Assembly: GCF_035084215.1 (NCBI RefSeq)
Contig: NC_090357.1
Span: 7,378,001 to 7,442,000, forward strand
Length of the DNA stretch: 64,000 nucleotides
Source of the DNA: Heptranchias perlo
Lineage: Eukaryota
Direction of reading: 5' to 3'
Below are positions 52,560 to 64,000 of the stretch, piece by piece. Within the stretch, counting starts at the first letter, position 1; the number at the start of each line of letters is the position of its first letter. The notes under the pieces were generated by a model that saw only the letters and a list, made by a program, of their open reading frames with translations, did not search any database and was not told the origin of the DNA. The translations under genes were made by a program, and so were the position numbers.

Positions 52560-52985
52560 CACCAGGTAACACACATTACATGATCTGTCCCCATACCAAT
52601 CATTTCTCACAGTTGACACACCTGGCATTGTGACCTGTCCAAATGCCATTTATTTCTCTGGTAGTTGACATGCCTGACTACCCACATCTGTGCCAGTCTT
52701 TTCCCTCATGGTCAACGTGCCTGGTGTTACATGAGCCGTACCAGTCATTTCTCTCACAGTCGACATGCCTGACATTACACGGCCCATCTCCATGGTAGTT
52801 GTCTCTCGGTTAACACACCTGGCATCATGTAACCTGTCCCCGTGCCAGTCACTGCTCACAGTTGACACGCCCTTTCCCCGTGCCAGGCACGTCTCTCACA
52901 GCTGACACGCCTGGTGTTACACGGCCCTTCCTCGTGCCAATCATTTTTCTAGTGGTTGACGCATCATGTAACCCAATCCATCCCA
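52560..52985. repeat. Degenerate ~50-bp minisatellite, ~8 copies
   Basis: CAGTTGACA(C/T)GCCTG-like core recurs at ~52610, 52662, 52710, 52757, 52808, 52859, 52899, 52953. Confidence 0.7.
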
Positions 52986-52987
52986 GT

Positions 52988-53393
52988 CAGGCTCCCACAC
53001 TCTGACCCCAGGCTCACACACTCTGACCCCAGGCTCACACACTCTGACCCCAGGCTCACACACTCTGACCCCAGGCTCACACACTCTGACCCCAGGCTCA
53101 CACACTCTGACCCCAGGCTCACACACTCTGACCCCAGGCTCACACACTCTGACCCCAGGCTCACACACTCTGACCCCAGGCACTCACACTCTGACCCCAG
53201 GCACTCACACTCTGACCCCAGGCTCCCACACTCTGACCCCAGGCTCACACACTCTGACCCCAGGCTCACACACTCTGACCCCAGGCTCACACACTCTGAC
53301 CCCAGGCTCACACACTCTGACCCCAGGCTCACACACTCTGACCCCAGGCACTCACACTCTGACCCCAGGCTCACACACTCTGACCCCAGGCTC
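52988..53393. repeat. Homogeneous 21-bp minisatellite (AGGCTCACACACTCTGACCCC), ~19 copies
   Basis: Direct inspection; gives 7-aa repeats in the ORF track. Confidence 0.97.
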
Positions 53394-53403
53394 CTATACT
53401 CAC

Positions 53404-53558
53404 ATCTGCTGTTTGGAGGTTTTGTTTAGATCAATCCCATAGAGTCTGGCTGCGATGAAATGCTCCTTGAAGGCCGGGATGAGGGCGACAGTGCCCAGGA
53501 AGCCCAGTAGGGAGCAGCTCAGGTTTATCAGCAGCGGGAGGGCGGGCAGGACCGACAT
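53404..53558 (-). CDS. DPAGT1: DPAGT1 (UDP-GlcNAc:dolichyl-phosphate GlcNAc-1-phosphotransferase), first coding exon
   Basis: [51 protein letters not shown]; donor GTGAGT. Confidence 0.93.
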
Positions 53559-53662
53559 CTGAGGGGAAAAAAAAGGAAGTGAAATGAACGAAACTCCCAG
53601 TGTATGAAGTACCCGGGGAGAACCCGCCTTCAACGTAATATTCCCATGCAGTGTGAGCCTAC

Positions 53663-53900
53663 CTGCAAACCCCAGGCCGACCGAGTCTCACGGGAGAGAA
53701 ACGCAGTGCTTTCTGACTCATCCCACAGTCCCGAGTACGGAGAGAGCGCGGACCGAAACGCCGGGGCTAGGTAGGCCCGGGCAGGTGTCTGCGCAGGCGC
53801 GCTAGGAGCCAGCGCGCCTGCGTGGTGGCTGTCAGCGTGTGGGGAGCGCGCATGCGCGCTTCTGGAGCAAGCGGCATGCTGGGACCTGTAGTCTTTCTGG
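53663..53900 (-). promoter_or_regulatory. DPAGT1: DPAGT1 putative non-coding exon 1 and CpG promoter
   Basis: Donor CAG|GTAGG at 53662; NRF1-type TGCGCAGGCGC (53790) and GCGCGCATGCGCGC (53846); ZNF143/THAP11-type ACTACAGGTCCCAGCATGC (53874-53892, minus strand). Confidence 0.7.
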
Positions 53901-53999
53901 TCTCATGGTGGGTGCTGTCACTGGCAGGTTGCCCTGGCTGAGCTGGGTTACCTGAGCAGGACAAGCACAAGGTTTGATGATGTCCGGCTCTACCTCGCC

Positions 54000-54815
54000 T
54001 TGACTCCACAACTCCCTCTGTGCTGTTAGACTGCCTAAAAAAAAGTTGTGGATGAATTAAAATTTCTTCCATTTGAGAAGTCTGAAGCAATCACTTTTGG
54101 CTCCCACTATAAACCGCACTCAATTCTGCTTCCAGGTTGTTCACTCAAGTTGAACCAAACCATACAAAACCTTGGTGTTCTGGAGCTGAACTTCAAACCT
54201 CACGCTATTCATTGTCACAATGTTGCTCACCCCCACACCCATCTCAGTCCCACCACCACTGAAATCCTTGTCCACCCTTTTGAAACCTCCACACGTGATC
54301 TCCAATGTCATTCTTGTCGGCCTCTCATCCTCCACCCTCCGTACACTTCCAACTCATCCAAGACTAAGCAACCCATATCCTGTCCAGCATTAAGTACTGG
54401 TCAATCCTATTCCTCCTGCCCTATATTGACTTCCTGTCCCCCAGCACATTGAATCCTTCCATTGCCTCACCACACCCTCTGCAACCTCCTCCAGCCTTAT
54501 ATCCCTTTCTGCATCCTTTAGTCCTCAGACTTTGACTTTTTTTTGCATCCCTCCTCCCTTCACCCCATCATTGGTGGCAGAGTCTTCAGCTGCCTTAACC
54601 CTAATCACTGAAAGTCCCTTCCTAAATCTCTCCACATCTCTTTCTACTTTGAATCATATTCTCAAACCTGTCTTTTCAACTAAGCTTTTGGTCACCCCAA
54701 CAAACTCTTCTGCATCCATTCTTTTACCCTTCTATCTATTTTTCGCTCCCCTCTCTGTAAAGTACCATGGGATGTTTTCAATATTAAAGTGACTGCATAA
54801 ATACAAGTTGTTATT
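54000..54815 (+). mobile_element. Degraded L2-type LINE fragment, followed by a degraded Deu-SINE (~54825-55105)
   Basis: KSEAITFG / NLGV remnants; similarity to 34350-34905; ATAAATACAAGTTGTT tail. Confidence 0.65.
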
Positions 54816-56604
54816 ACTAAATATTTTTGGATGAGATATTAAACTGAGGCCCCACCTGATGGTTCAACATCCCATGGCACCATTTGATGGGCAGAGTTAT
54901 GCCATTGACCTGGTCAACAGTTGTCGCTCAATCAACACTGCCAAAAACAGATGAACTGGGCATGTATCTCATTTGCAGTTTGTGGAACCTTACAATGGCA
55001 TGTTTACCTACATAACAACAGTGACTGCAGTGCAAATGTAATTTATCGATTGTGAAGTACTTTCAGATATCCTGAGGACCTGATAACGGTGCTGTATGAA
55101 TGCAACTTTAATTGAAATGAGGTGAAGATATCTCACAGGAAAGGAAGGATAATTGTATGGGCAGGCTTCTCCTACCCAAACACTTTACTATGTAACAAAT
55201 GGGTTGGTGCGTTGTTGGACTGGTGTAAGAACAAACTTGCAATTTATATAATGTCTTTCATGTCTTCAGGATTTCCCACTTAACAGCCAAATAAATACTT
55301 TTGAAATGCTGTATGGTTTAAGGAGTCTTCTTATGAGAGATATTGAAGATGTAGGATAGATTTCAAGACTCATCAGGAAGGATGGTTCCATTGTTTATGA
55401 GCTCTAGCTGCCAGCTTGATTGAAACCCAAAGATTGACTTCCTGCTCCAACACCAAAACACCAGAATCAACAGAGCAGTGGCTTTATTTTCACAGTGTCA
55501 CAGCTTTGAATGTGGTAGTTCACTTCTATTAAATCAAGTCAAAATTGATCATTCGTAGCACAAGACATTAGAGCGTGGCACTGTGGAGTGATAGGGTCTG
55601 GCTTTGCATTCACATTCTTCCACATTGCTCACTTCTTAACACAGAAAATAATAACACAGTAGCAGGTACTTCAATAAATCATTTATCTGCTCCTCCTAGC
55701 ACTGGTCCAGTGCAACAATGGCAGCGGCAATGGCAGCTGCTTACCTATTTGCTCAGGATCATATCTGGTTTGTAGCCCAGGCAAACAAGGCAGTGGCAGA
55801 ACACAGAGGGACGAATATTGAATAAAAGGAAAATGATCATTTGTTGCAGTAAATTATCACACAATGTCCAAACTAAATTTAAAAAACACTAATCCCAAAT
55901 AATGAATAAAACACAGAATTTTCAGTGTTAAAGGCTGCCTTTAATTTATGCGAAACATTTTCATTGGTTTTTCAACGCTTGTGAATTTCAAATATTAACG
56001 CATAATCAAAACCTCCTTCTGGTGAAACAGCAACAAACAATACGATAGATCAGTTCATTAATAAATGCACAGTATTTTATAAATTGACATAAAAAGCACT
56101 TCACTTTTAGTCATACATTAAAAACACAGGAGAAATGAAAGTGAATTTTCAACTCAACCTGTGCAAATCTGAGTAAAAACTGCCACTTCTCACAAAGCGT
56201 CAATACATGCCAACTAAATGAATAAAGTGTTTTCAAACAAAACAGGCAGAAGGGCAAGAGATATATTCATTTAGGTAATGAATGCATGAGAATTTCACAG
56301 AACACAGTAACCAAGTAGAGCAACATAATGAAAAATAATGTGCAGACTCATCGAACCGTGCAGTGAGAGAGAAATAATACTTATGGTGACACTTTAGAAT
56401 AAAAGTTGTCTAACATGATGTCTAAATAAACCCTAGATGTGTCATTTTGCTGATCTCAAGCTTAATTGCTTTGTTTCTGCTGGATGGGTGTTTGTTATTG
56501 TATAAACTGGTAGATGAGTGTAATTCACCATTGGGGCTGTAATTAATCACACATTTAGCCAGGGTTTTGGGTCTGTGGAAGAGGGTGACAGAGAATCAGG
56601 TGAA

Positions 56605-56882
56605 CAGTTTGGAGTTGGCAGTGATCCAAAGAAGTAGAAATCCTCCAGTCTAATAATTTGTAAATCCTTTGGACGAGTAGCCAATCCTTAAAGGAAAGGG
56701 AATAGCAGTGGGGCAAAATCAAATCACCAGGTTAAACAAGCAGATAAGTTGCTTTTGGATGAATCATAGAATCATACTGCATCGTTCTATTGTGTCTGTG
56801 CCAGCTCTTCGAAATCCAATTAGTCCCACTTCCCTGCTCTTTCCCCGTAGCCCTGCAAATTTTTCCTTATGAATGTATCATA
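56605..56882. repeat. Source copy of a ~270-bp local duplication (second copy 61781-62052)
   Basis: Near-identical direct repeat starting CAGTTTGGAGTTGGCAGTGAT. Confidence 0.92.
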
Positions 56883-56933
56883 TTATGTTGTACTCAGTGC
56901 AGTAGTTACAGCTGTAGTACAGGAGCAAAGAGT

Positions 56934-57129
56934 TCATTTTTTCATGCTTTCTAATTCTGCTTCCAGTTCTTCGATTTCCTTCAGGAAGGCTCTTTTCTTT
57001 GAAACAGTCACCGTGCTGTCCTGTATCTTCTGCTCCGACTCAAAGACTGCGGTGAGCTCCACGGTTATATTATCTATCTTCTCTTCAATGTCCTCCAGTT
57101 CCAGTTCTGATTTCGATTCGAAGCAAACT
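56934..57129 (-). CDS. Unidentified gene, terminal exon (coiled coil)
   Basis: VCFESKSELELEDIEEKIDNITVELTAVFESEQKIQ...FLKEIEELEAELESMKK*; acceptor CATGCAG; phase matches the upstream exon. Confidence 0.8.
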
Positions 57130-57436
57130 CTGCATGAACAAATATGAAGTTAGTTTTACAGCAGAAATGCATTCCCTTTTTAGCACACATCTACGAAGCT
57201 AATCGCCTCAGGGGCCCTACAATTACATCACAGGATACCAACTTACAAACTCTTAATGTGTTTGTCTGATATTCCTTTATTCCCCACATTAGTGGAAATG
57301 TAACCCATTTGTTTTAAACCAATAAGCACCTCCAATAAAATAGCGGGGACACAATTTCAGACAAATACATGTGTAATTTCCAACTTGCCTCCTGGGCGTA
57401 AAACTGGGGTTATAGAAAAGAAAATGAAAGAGATGA

Positions 57437-57745
57437 AAGACTTGCATTTAGCTGGCACTTTTCATGACCTCAGGACATTCCAAAATGCTTTACAGCCAAT
57501 GAAGTACTTTTGAAGTGTAGTCACTGTTGTATTGTAGGAAACACAGCTGCCAATTTACACACAGCAAAATCCCACAAACAGCAATGTGACAATGACCAGA
57601 TAACCTGTTTTAGGTGTTGGTTGAGGAATAAATATTGGCCAGGACGCTGGGAAGAACTTCCATAATTTTGTTTGGAATAGTCCCATGGGATCTTTTACAT
57701 CCACCTGAGAGGACAGTTGGGGCTCGGTTTGAGGTCTCATCCAAT
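57437..57745 (-). mobile_element. Deu-domain SINE
   Basis: Reverse complement of the 3' two-thirds of the 50510 copy. Confidence 0.85.
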
Positions 57746-58842
57746 AGAATTGAAAATCAGGCAGTTTCTATAATGAGCAGCCAATCTGCAATACCAGTTT
57801 TATCCCCAGATGGCATGCTGAACATTAACCCTATTATGTTAATTTTCCACTCGGTAATTTCAGGGCTGTGATTGCTCATTTATAACCCCATTTCGGTCTC
57901 TTGAATTACAACTCAGAGAGCCAGAGGCACATTGAGAGACAGGAAGACATTACCTTTCAACTCTTTTGTTGCTAAAGATGCCATATAGTGTCATTCGACT
58001 GACATTTCAATAAGACAGCATTCATTGTAGCCATGGACTGTGAACATCCACTGTAGCAAGTGGCATTCCAATAGGAAATGGAATGGGTTGTCTACAGGAT
58101 ATTAAAAGATTCATTTCCGGCTCCTTCGATGGCTTATTAGTAAATACATCACATGATATGGCACTGCACTACACAGATCAGCAAAATCAGGCTCAATTCC
58201 TGGTCCCTGCTGATTTGGCCGATCTCAGCCAAGGTGACAGCAGCTACTCTACAATTAGCCTCAGGACCCACAGGTTGTGGAGAATAACGTCCAGCCGGGT
58301 TCCTGTTCTTCATTGTTATCAGGGGCCTGTGCTGGAAAATCCGTGCTTACGGGCATTGGGCAAGGACAGGATTGGACCCAGCTGTCCCCATCAGACAGCC
58401 CGCTGAAATTCAATATCTACACTCAAGGCACCTGACCGGGGAACTGGAGTGCTGCTGTCCCTGTGGAAAATAGACCTCAGCATGAGCCATCACTTTTGGG
58501 AAAAGAGGGGAAACTTATCGCAGGGAAAAAGAAAAGATTAATTTTAATTTCAGCACACCTTGAAGTACAAATGGGTATTTGTTTTCTAAATCAATTCAGT
58601 TTTAAGGATTTGCATAGATATTTCCCATTCCCTAAGAGATCATGAATCACTATCTGGTTATTATCCATTGTCCCCAAAATCAACTTAGAAAAATTCCCTT
58701 ACTTCTGGGTGCGTGGGAGGTGGCAATAAAACAAAATGGTGACTCATTAACTGAAAATGGTGGTTATGAACCTTGAGATCCATCCTAAATGCAGCAGGCC
58801 AAAACTCAAAATTCAACATTTATATCACCTCAGCGAATCAAC

Positions 58843-59047
58843 CCTGTGTGTTACAGGGGTATACCACAATGCAATGTGTTGCAGGTTTATACTACACGCG
58901 GTGTCTTATGTTGTGTTACAGGGGTATACTACAATGCAATGTGTTGCAGGTTTATACTACACGCGGTGTCTTATGTTGTGTTACAGGGGTATGTCACATA
59001 TGTTGTGATACAGGGGTATAGACAACATCCTATGTTACAGGGGTATC
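58843..59047. repeat. ~65-bp tandem repeat with TGTTACAGGGGTAT sub-units
   Basis: TTACAGGGGTAT at 58851, 58916, 58981. Confidence 0.85.
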
Positions 59048-59245
59048 CCACAATCAGCTGTAACTCTCCAGTTGACATTGTACCAAATGATTTACTGTAA
59101 GGATATACCTAGAATAAAGGAATGCTGAGTACTTAGCTCTACGTGTTAATATTCATTATTGGACACTTTCTGATGTCATTTCATAGGATGTATGCAGCTT
59201 TAAAGCAATAGGACTCAAGTGTCAGTAAATGCAGTTACATCTTAC

Positions 59246-59367
59246 CCCTCGTTCTTCTGTATTTCACTGAGACCCTGCAGATGTTCATTTATCTTTTCAG
59301 CTTGCTGGTCTTTCTCCGGGGTCTCGGTTGTGTTGTCGCTCCCAGTTTCTTTGCGCTGCTGCAGGGG
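59246..59367 (-). CDS. Unidentified gene, penultimate exon
   Basis: TTTTTCAG|PLQQRKETGSDNTTETPEKDQQAEKINEHLQGLSEIQKNEG|GTAAG; phase 0 to 2. Confidence 0.78.
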
Positions 59368-59989
59368 CTGAAAAACATGCATGTTGCTCCATTTAGCAAG
59401 TCCTCGAAGAATAATTTCCTCATAAGAGCATTTTACTTTGGATCAGTGAAGATTCTGAAGTATGGGCCTCTTTGGATTAACTTACAAAATGTTTCAAGAA
59501 GCTTTAATCTGTACATTTAACATTTTCTGCTTACTTGCTGATTCCATTTACTTTATGAAACATCAGGAATTGTTCCTGAAAAGTCCTTCCATCACTCAAC
59601 CGTGCACTGCCTTAACGTTAAGGAACTTGTTACGAGATGTTACCATGTTGTAATGGGACAGTTCCAAGAGCTATGAATATAGACATTTAACCCTCAACTA
59701 GCAGCACCAAAAAACAGACGAACTGGTCATTCATCTCATTGGTGTTTGTGGGATCTTGCTACGTGCAAAATATCTACGTTTGCCAGTCTCTGCAATTCAA
59801 AGTAATTTATCATATGCGAGGGGCTTTGAGATGTTTTGGAGGGATGTGATAAGGTCTTTCATCCTTCATACTGACTTCTATAGATGTTTGTGGAGCTCAG
59901 AATTTCTTTAAACTCAGGAAGTTGTCAAAATTTTACTGCAGGTCCTGCATTAAAACTACGTCCTGTTGAATTAAAAACACAACCATTAC

Positions 59990-60187
59990 CTCTGCAAAAA
60001 ACGCCAAGTTTTTTGGCTCCTTCAGCTTGAGCTTCAGTAAATCAGAAATTGTGTCAGTATAAATTTCCGGATCGAGTTCTTTTCGGAATAGGTTGTCCCA
60101 CGTGGAAGCCCGTGTCTCAAGCGTATGCAAGGCAGGAGGACTCCGCAGTCTGGTGAAGAACATGTCGTTGAACAAGGCCTTCATTGC
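59990..60187 (-). CDS. Unidentified gene, internal exon
   Basis: AMKALFNDMFFTRLRSPPALH...KNLAFFAE; 198 nt; CAG/GTAAT boundaries, phase 0-0. Confidence 0.78.
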
Positions 60188-60324
60188 CTGGCATTAGAAC
60201 ACAATAGGCATTTGATTTCAGATTTTGGCCGCTTAAGAAGAATGTATGAATCAGCAAACTGGCTACCTTTAACTGACCAACTCCTGTTTAGTCTACGTAG
60301 AATTTAACGATGTAGCAAGAGTAC

Positions 60325-60471
60325 CTGGTGAAACAGCTTGAGGAACAGAGGATTGGAGTCATCAGTCAGCTCGTCTGCAGTGAGGTGAGCCAAACAGTGC
60401 ACCAGGAAGAGGGAGAAGTCACCCACAGATGCCAGTCGCTGTCGCCGAATAAACAGCTTTTTCTGAGAATG
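60325..60471 (-). CDS. Unidentified gene, internal exon with HCLAH motif
   Basis: TTTTTATTCCAG|HSQKKLFIRRQRLASVGDFSLFLVHCLAHLTADELTDDSNPLFLKLFHQ|GT; 147 nt, phase 0-0. Confidence 0.78.
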
Positions 60472-61534
60472 CTGGAATAAAAAGCTCGAATGTTACTTTT
60501 TAACCTCAAAGCTCTTAAGCTACAACATGCAATCAAAAGTAAAAGGTCTAAAATTGGGCCGCGTAGTGCCCATTTTTCAGACATTAAGTGGCCTACTAAC
60601 ACCCCAAAATGGCGGGCAGGAAGCGCACGCAACTCTGGCTGCCATATTGGGAAAGGACAAATTAGAGGCGCCCTTCATCCATGCCTGAAGCAGGTGTTAG
60701 GTCCTTTGCATATGTAAATAAGGGGCTTAACGCCTGCTTGGGGGCCCCGCTCCAACACTGGTTTGCCCTGAGGCAGCCAGCGCCATCGCAGGCTGCACTC
60801 AAGGTAACCATGCCTACGGGAAGCCTGCAGCAACGACGGTAAATAACTTACTTGAACGAGGAGCTGGGAGAAACAGCAGTGCTCCTCCTGACCCCACATT
60901 AAAGGATTGCTGCAGTTCTTTGGCTCTGAGATGCCTTTCCCCCAACCCCCGACCTCCCATCCCCTCTGAGTGGGAAACTTGCTCATCAGAAAATCTTCAG
61001 ACCTTTTTCTTTGCAGCAAGTTGGGGGCTGATGAGTTTGGCCATGCAGTTTTGTATCAGATAGTGGTGCTTTTTATTTTTAAGTTATTTAACTGGAGAGA
61101 GGATTTAACCAAAAAAATAAAATATATGCACCTCTTATGTGATGAGAGGAATCTTTTCTTGAAATATGATACATTCTCGTTTGCTGGGTTATGCTCCTTG
61201 TATACATTATGGCTATGTATACATGGGCTGTGATTCCAGTGGCTACGCTGGGTTTTCATCTGCCAGTTCCCTCTGATGCTGATCTGGTTGCAGTTTTTAG
61301 GGTCAGTAGGAGGAAACCTCAATTCTATAAGGACCAGTGGGTGATGGCACCACTCCAATGCCCACCCTGCCCCATGCTGCCAAAAACTCTGCTGCCTGGG
61401 CATTGTTGGGGAGGGTTGCCCAGACCCCCTCCCCAAGACCTGATAGTATCCCGCTTGTCTCCCTGTGCGAACGGGCCGAAGAAACGGGCCTTTTCTTTAG
61501 GGGTCTATCCTGACTCCTCAAGTGGATTCTCCCC

Positions 61535-62130
61535 CCCCACTGGCTGGAGAGTCTAGAACTAGACAGCACAGTCGCAGGATAAGGGGTCGGCTATTTAAAG
61601 CTGAGATGAGGAGAAATTTCTTCACTCAGAGGGTTGTGAATCCTTGGAATTCTCTACCCCAGAGGGCTGTGGATGCTGAGTCGTTGAGTATATTCAAGGC
61701 TGAGATAGATAGATTTTTGGACTCTAGGGTAATCAAGGGATATGGGGATCGGATGGCAAAGTGGAGTTGAGGTCGAAGATCAGTTTGGAGTTGGCAGTGA
61801 TCTACAGAAGTAGAAATCCTCCAGTCTAATAATCTGTAGATCCTTTGGATGAGTACCCAATCCTTAAAGTGAATAGCAGTGGGGCAAAATCAATCACCGG
61901 GTTTAACAAGCAGATAAGTTGCTTTTGGATGAATCATAGAATCATACTGCATCGTTCTACTGTGTCTGTGCCAGCTCTTCGAAATCCAATTAGTCCCACT
62001 TCCCTGCTCTTTCCCCATAGCCCTGCAAATTTTTCCTTACTAATGTATCATATCCAAATGATCTAATTGAAAGGCGCAACAGGCTCGAGGGGCTGAATGG
62101 CCTGCTCCTGCTCCTATTTCTAATGTTTTA
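61535..62130 (+). mobile_element. CR1 3' fragment interrupted at 61781-62052 by a copy of 56605-56882
   Basis: FKAEMRRNFFTQRVVNPWNSLPQRAV; tail GAAGATCAG|...|ATGATCTAATTGAA...GGCTCGAGGGGCTGAATGGCCT. Confidence 0.88.
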
Positions 62131-62383
62131 TATTCACTACCAACCCCCCTCCCCTCCAAACGGACCCACTTGTGCCCATCTGGAAGCTGGTATGTCCCAT
62201 CTCCGTCAACATACTGGCGTCCAATTGAGCCGGGAAGTGGGAACCTCAGCCTAGCAAGTCCCCGTCCCTGGTTCCACCCCACATCTGGCTCCTGATATCA
62301 TTGGCTTTGTAAGGGATGGGCTGAGGTTCTGACCCTTCCCAGTTCATTTGCTGATGGAGGAATAAATGGAATGAGTTACATAC

Positions 62384-62470
62384 CTGATAGAAGAAGGAAT
62401 TGCGGAAAGCATTGCGTGTGTAATTGTTAGTTGGCAAACTGGAGGCAAGAAGTATATTGATCTCTGGAGC
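62384..62470 (-). CDS. Unidentified gene, most upstream exon found in the window; gene probably continues beyond the right edge
   Basis: TTTCTTTAAAG|APEINILLASSLPTNNYTRNAFRNSFFYQ|GTATGT; 87 nt, phase 0-0. Confidence 0.75.
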
Positions 62471-63594
62471 CTTTAAAGAAATATGAAAATGTTACTCTTA
62501 TGTTACGTGACAGACAGTAACAGCTAGATATAAAAGGTTTGGATGCAACTAGTCAATAGGGGTCATTTCTCAGGACTCCAATGCTGGCACCGAGGCTCAT
62601 TACCACTCGCTCGAACACTGGTTGGACCATCGGGACTAAAGTGTTGAAGCTGGGTCTCTGACCAGTGCTTGTGTCCAGCAAGGGTCTGCACTGGCCTCAC
62701 GAAATTACCCCTCATGTTCATTTTAACTTGAGGGAAATGAATCTAAAGTTTTTATACCATGGAAATAGCTTTGAGAACCATTAATTACCACTCAGTACTT
62801 ATCAGGAAGTAGTCATGGAGCCTGCTGTCATTTTGTAATAATGACATTTCTGAACTGTTCAAAATTATTATTCTGAAAATTAAAGAGGGGTCCAGACTGC
62901 TAGACTACTGGGGAACCTTGTTATGGCACTGAGGGAGTGTTAAACATGCAAGATGATTTTGCACAATTATACCCATAAACAATAAATTTATTTCTATTCA
63001 ATTAACGAAAAATATGAAAGGACATTTTTTTATTTAAGGTGAAGGATCAAGGCCAATAATATGGGCCTCAGTATTGAAGAGAATAGAAGATTGCAATGCT
63101 CCTGAGGGACTGGACTGTTCACCACAGCGGTTCAAGAAGAAAGCCCACCTCCATCTTCTCAAGGGCAACTAGGGATGGGCAATAAATGCCGGCCTTGCCA
63201 GCGACACCCACAATCTGAGAATGAAATAAAAAGATAGAGTCGTGGCTCCTCCCACCCCTGGGGAAAGGGAGGGGGAGTTTGGTATAAATTGCCAAAGCTA
63301 GAAAGTTCTGAGGAGTAAGAAAGGGACAGAGAAAGGCAAAAGATCAAGTGTTGATATAGTTTTGGACGTGTATCTTTGTTATTACCAGTTATTATTAAAT
63401 ACACTCTGGTCTACACACATAGCCATATTTGGAGCTTTGTCTGTAAGAGGTTGAAGACCCTGCTATCCAGTGCTTATATGGGTCTTCACAAGAGAAAAGA
63501 CATGTTAACTCAGGAAGTAGCATTTAAGCAAAGCCAAGGTTATATTTTAAAATCCTGAAATTGTTGTAGGAAAAGAAACAAAGAAATTAAAGCA

Positions 63595-63980
63595 AAGAAA
63601 GAGGCCATTCGGCCCATTCAGTCCAAGCTAGCTCTTCAACTGGAGCTATCTACTATAATTCCATCTCCCTGCTCGATCCTAATTTCCTTTTATGTTCCTG
63701 CTTTTCAAATATCCAGTTTCATTTTTCAATTATGCTATAGGCTCTGTCTCAATAGTAACATGTTGTAAAGCATTCCATGTTCTAATAACCCTGTGTATGT
63801 GAAAACATTTCTGACTCCCCTTTTGTTCTTCTAGTAATAATCCTCAGTAGATGCCCCCTGGCTACCGATTCACCAACCAATGGAAACAACCTTTCAGCAT
63901 TTACCGTTTCAAAAACTTTCATAATTTTGAAAACCTTTATTAAACTCCTTCTTAACTCTCCGTTTCAGCGGGGAAAAAAC
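63595..63980 (-). mobile_element. Degraded CR1 3' fragment
   Basis: GGCCATTCGGCCCA; reverse complement of CR1 ORF2 end similar to 43165-43592. Confidence 0.65.
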
Positions 63981-64000
63981 CCATCAATAATTATGAAGGA

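Noticed and set aside
52941-53429. Repetitive ORFs (HSDPRLT)n, (SLGSECV)n, (EPGVRVC)n
   Set aside because: By-product of a stop-free 21-bp intronic minisatellite open in several frames
60550-60930. GC-rich patch with an ATGTAAAT/octamer-like motif suggesting a promoter
   Set aside because: Intronic and more like a decayed non-autonomous DNA element; no termini or transcript evidence to support either call
63376-63558. Possible further exon or ORF near the right edge
   Set aside because: I could not find a stop-free, phase-compatible minus-strand exon, and the plus-strand ORF has no support

Overview
Vertebrate genomic DNA, most likely from a cartilaginous fish (inferred from the repeat content: Deu-domain tRNA-SINEs, CR1/L2 LINEs, Penelope elements). 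Four intron-containing genes lie in tandem on the minus strand. Reading from the right end they are: the last five exons of an unidentified protein (HCLAH motif, C-terminal coiled coil), complete DPAGT1 (9 coding exons, 406 aa), complete HINFP (9 coding exons, 544 aa) and the ATG-bearing exon of C2CD2L/TMEM24. I rebuilt the exons by hand from GT-AG boundaries, and the phases close correctly. The most notable non-coding signals are: two families of minimal type-I hammerhead ribozyme motifs in Penelope ends, several as head-to-head inverted pairs; an 84-bp near-perfect palindrome containing the first canonical poly(A) signal after the HINFP stop; a ~270-bp piece of a 3' UTR copied into a CR1 remnant in an intron of the same gene; minisatellites directly behind a promoter-proximal splice donor of all three identified genes; and nested retroelement insertions with target-site duplications. 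There is a 283-nt assembly gap at 2221-2503. No database searches were run; family names come from recognition of the sequence, and repeat boundaries are approximate.
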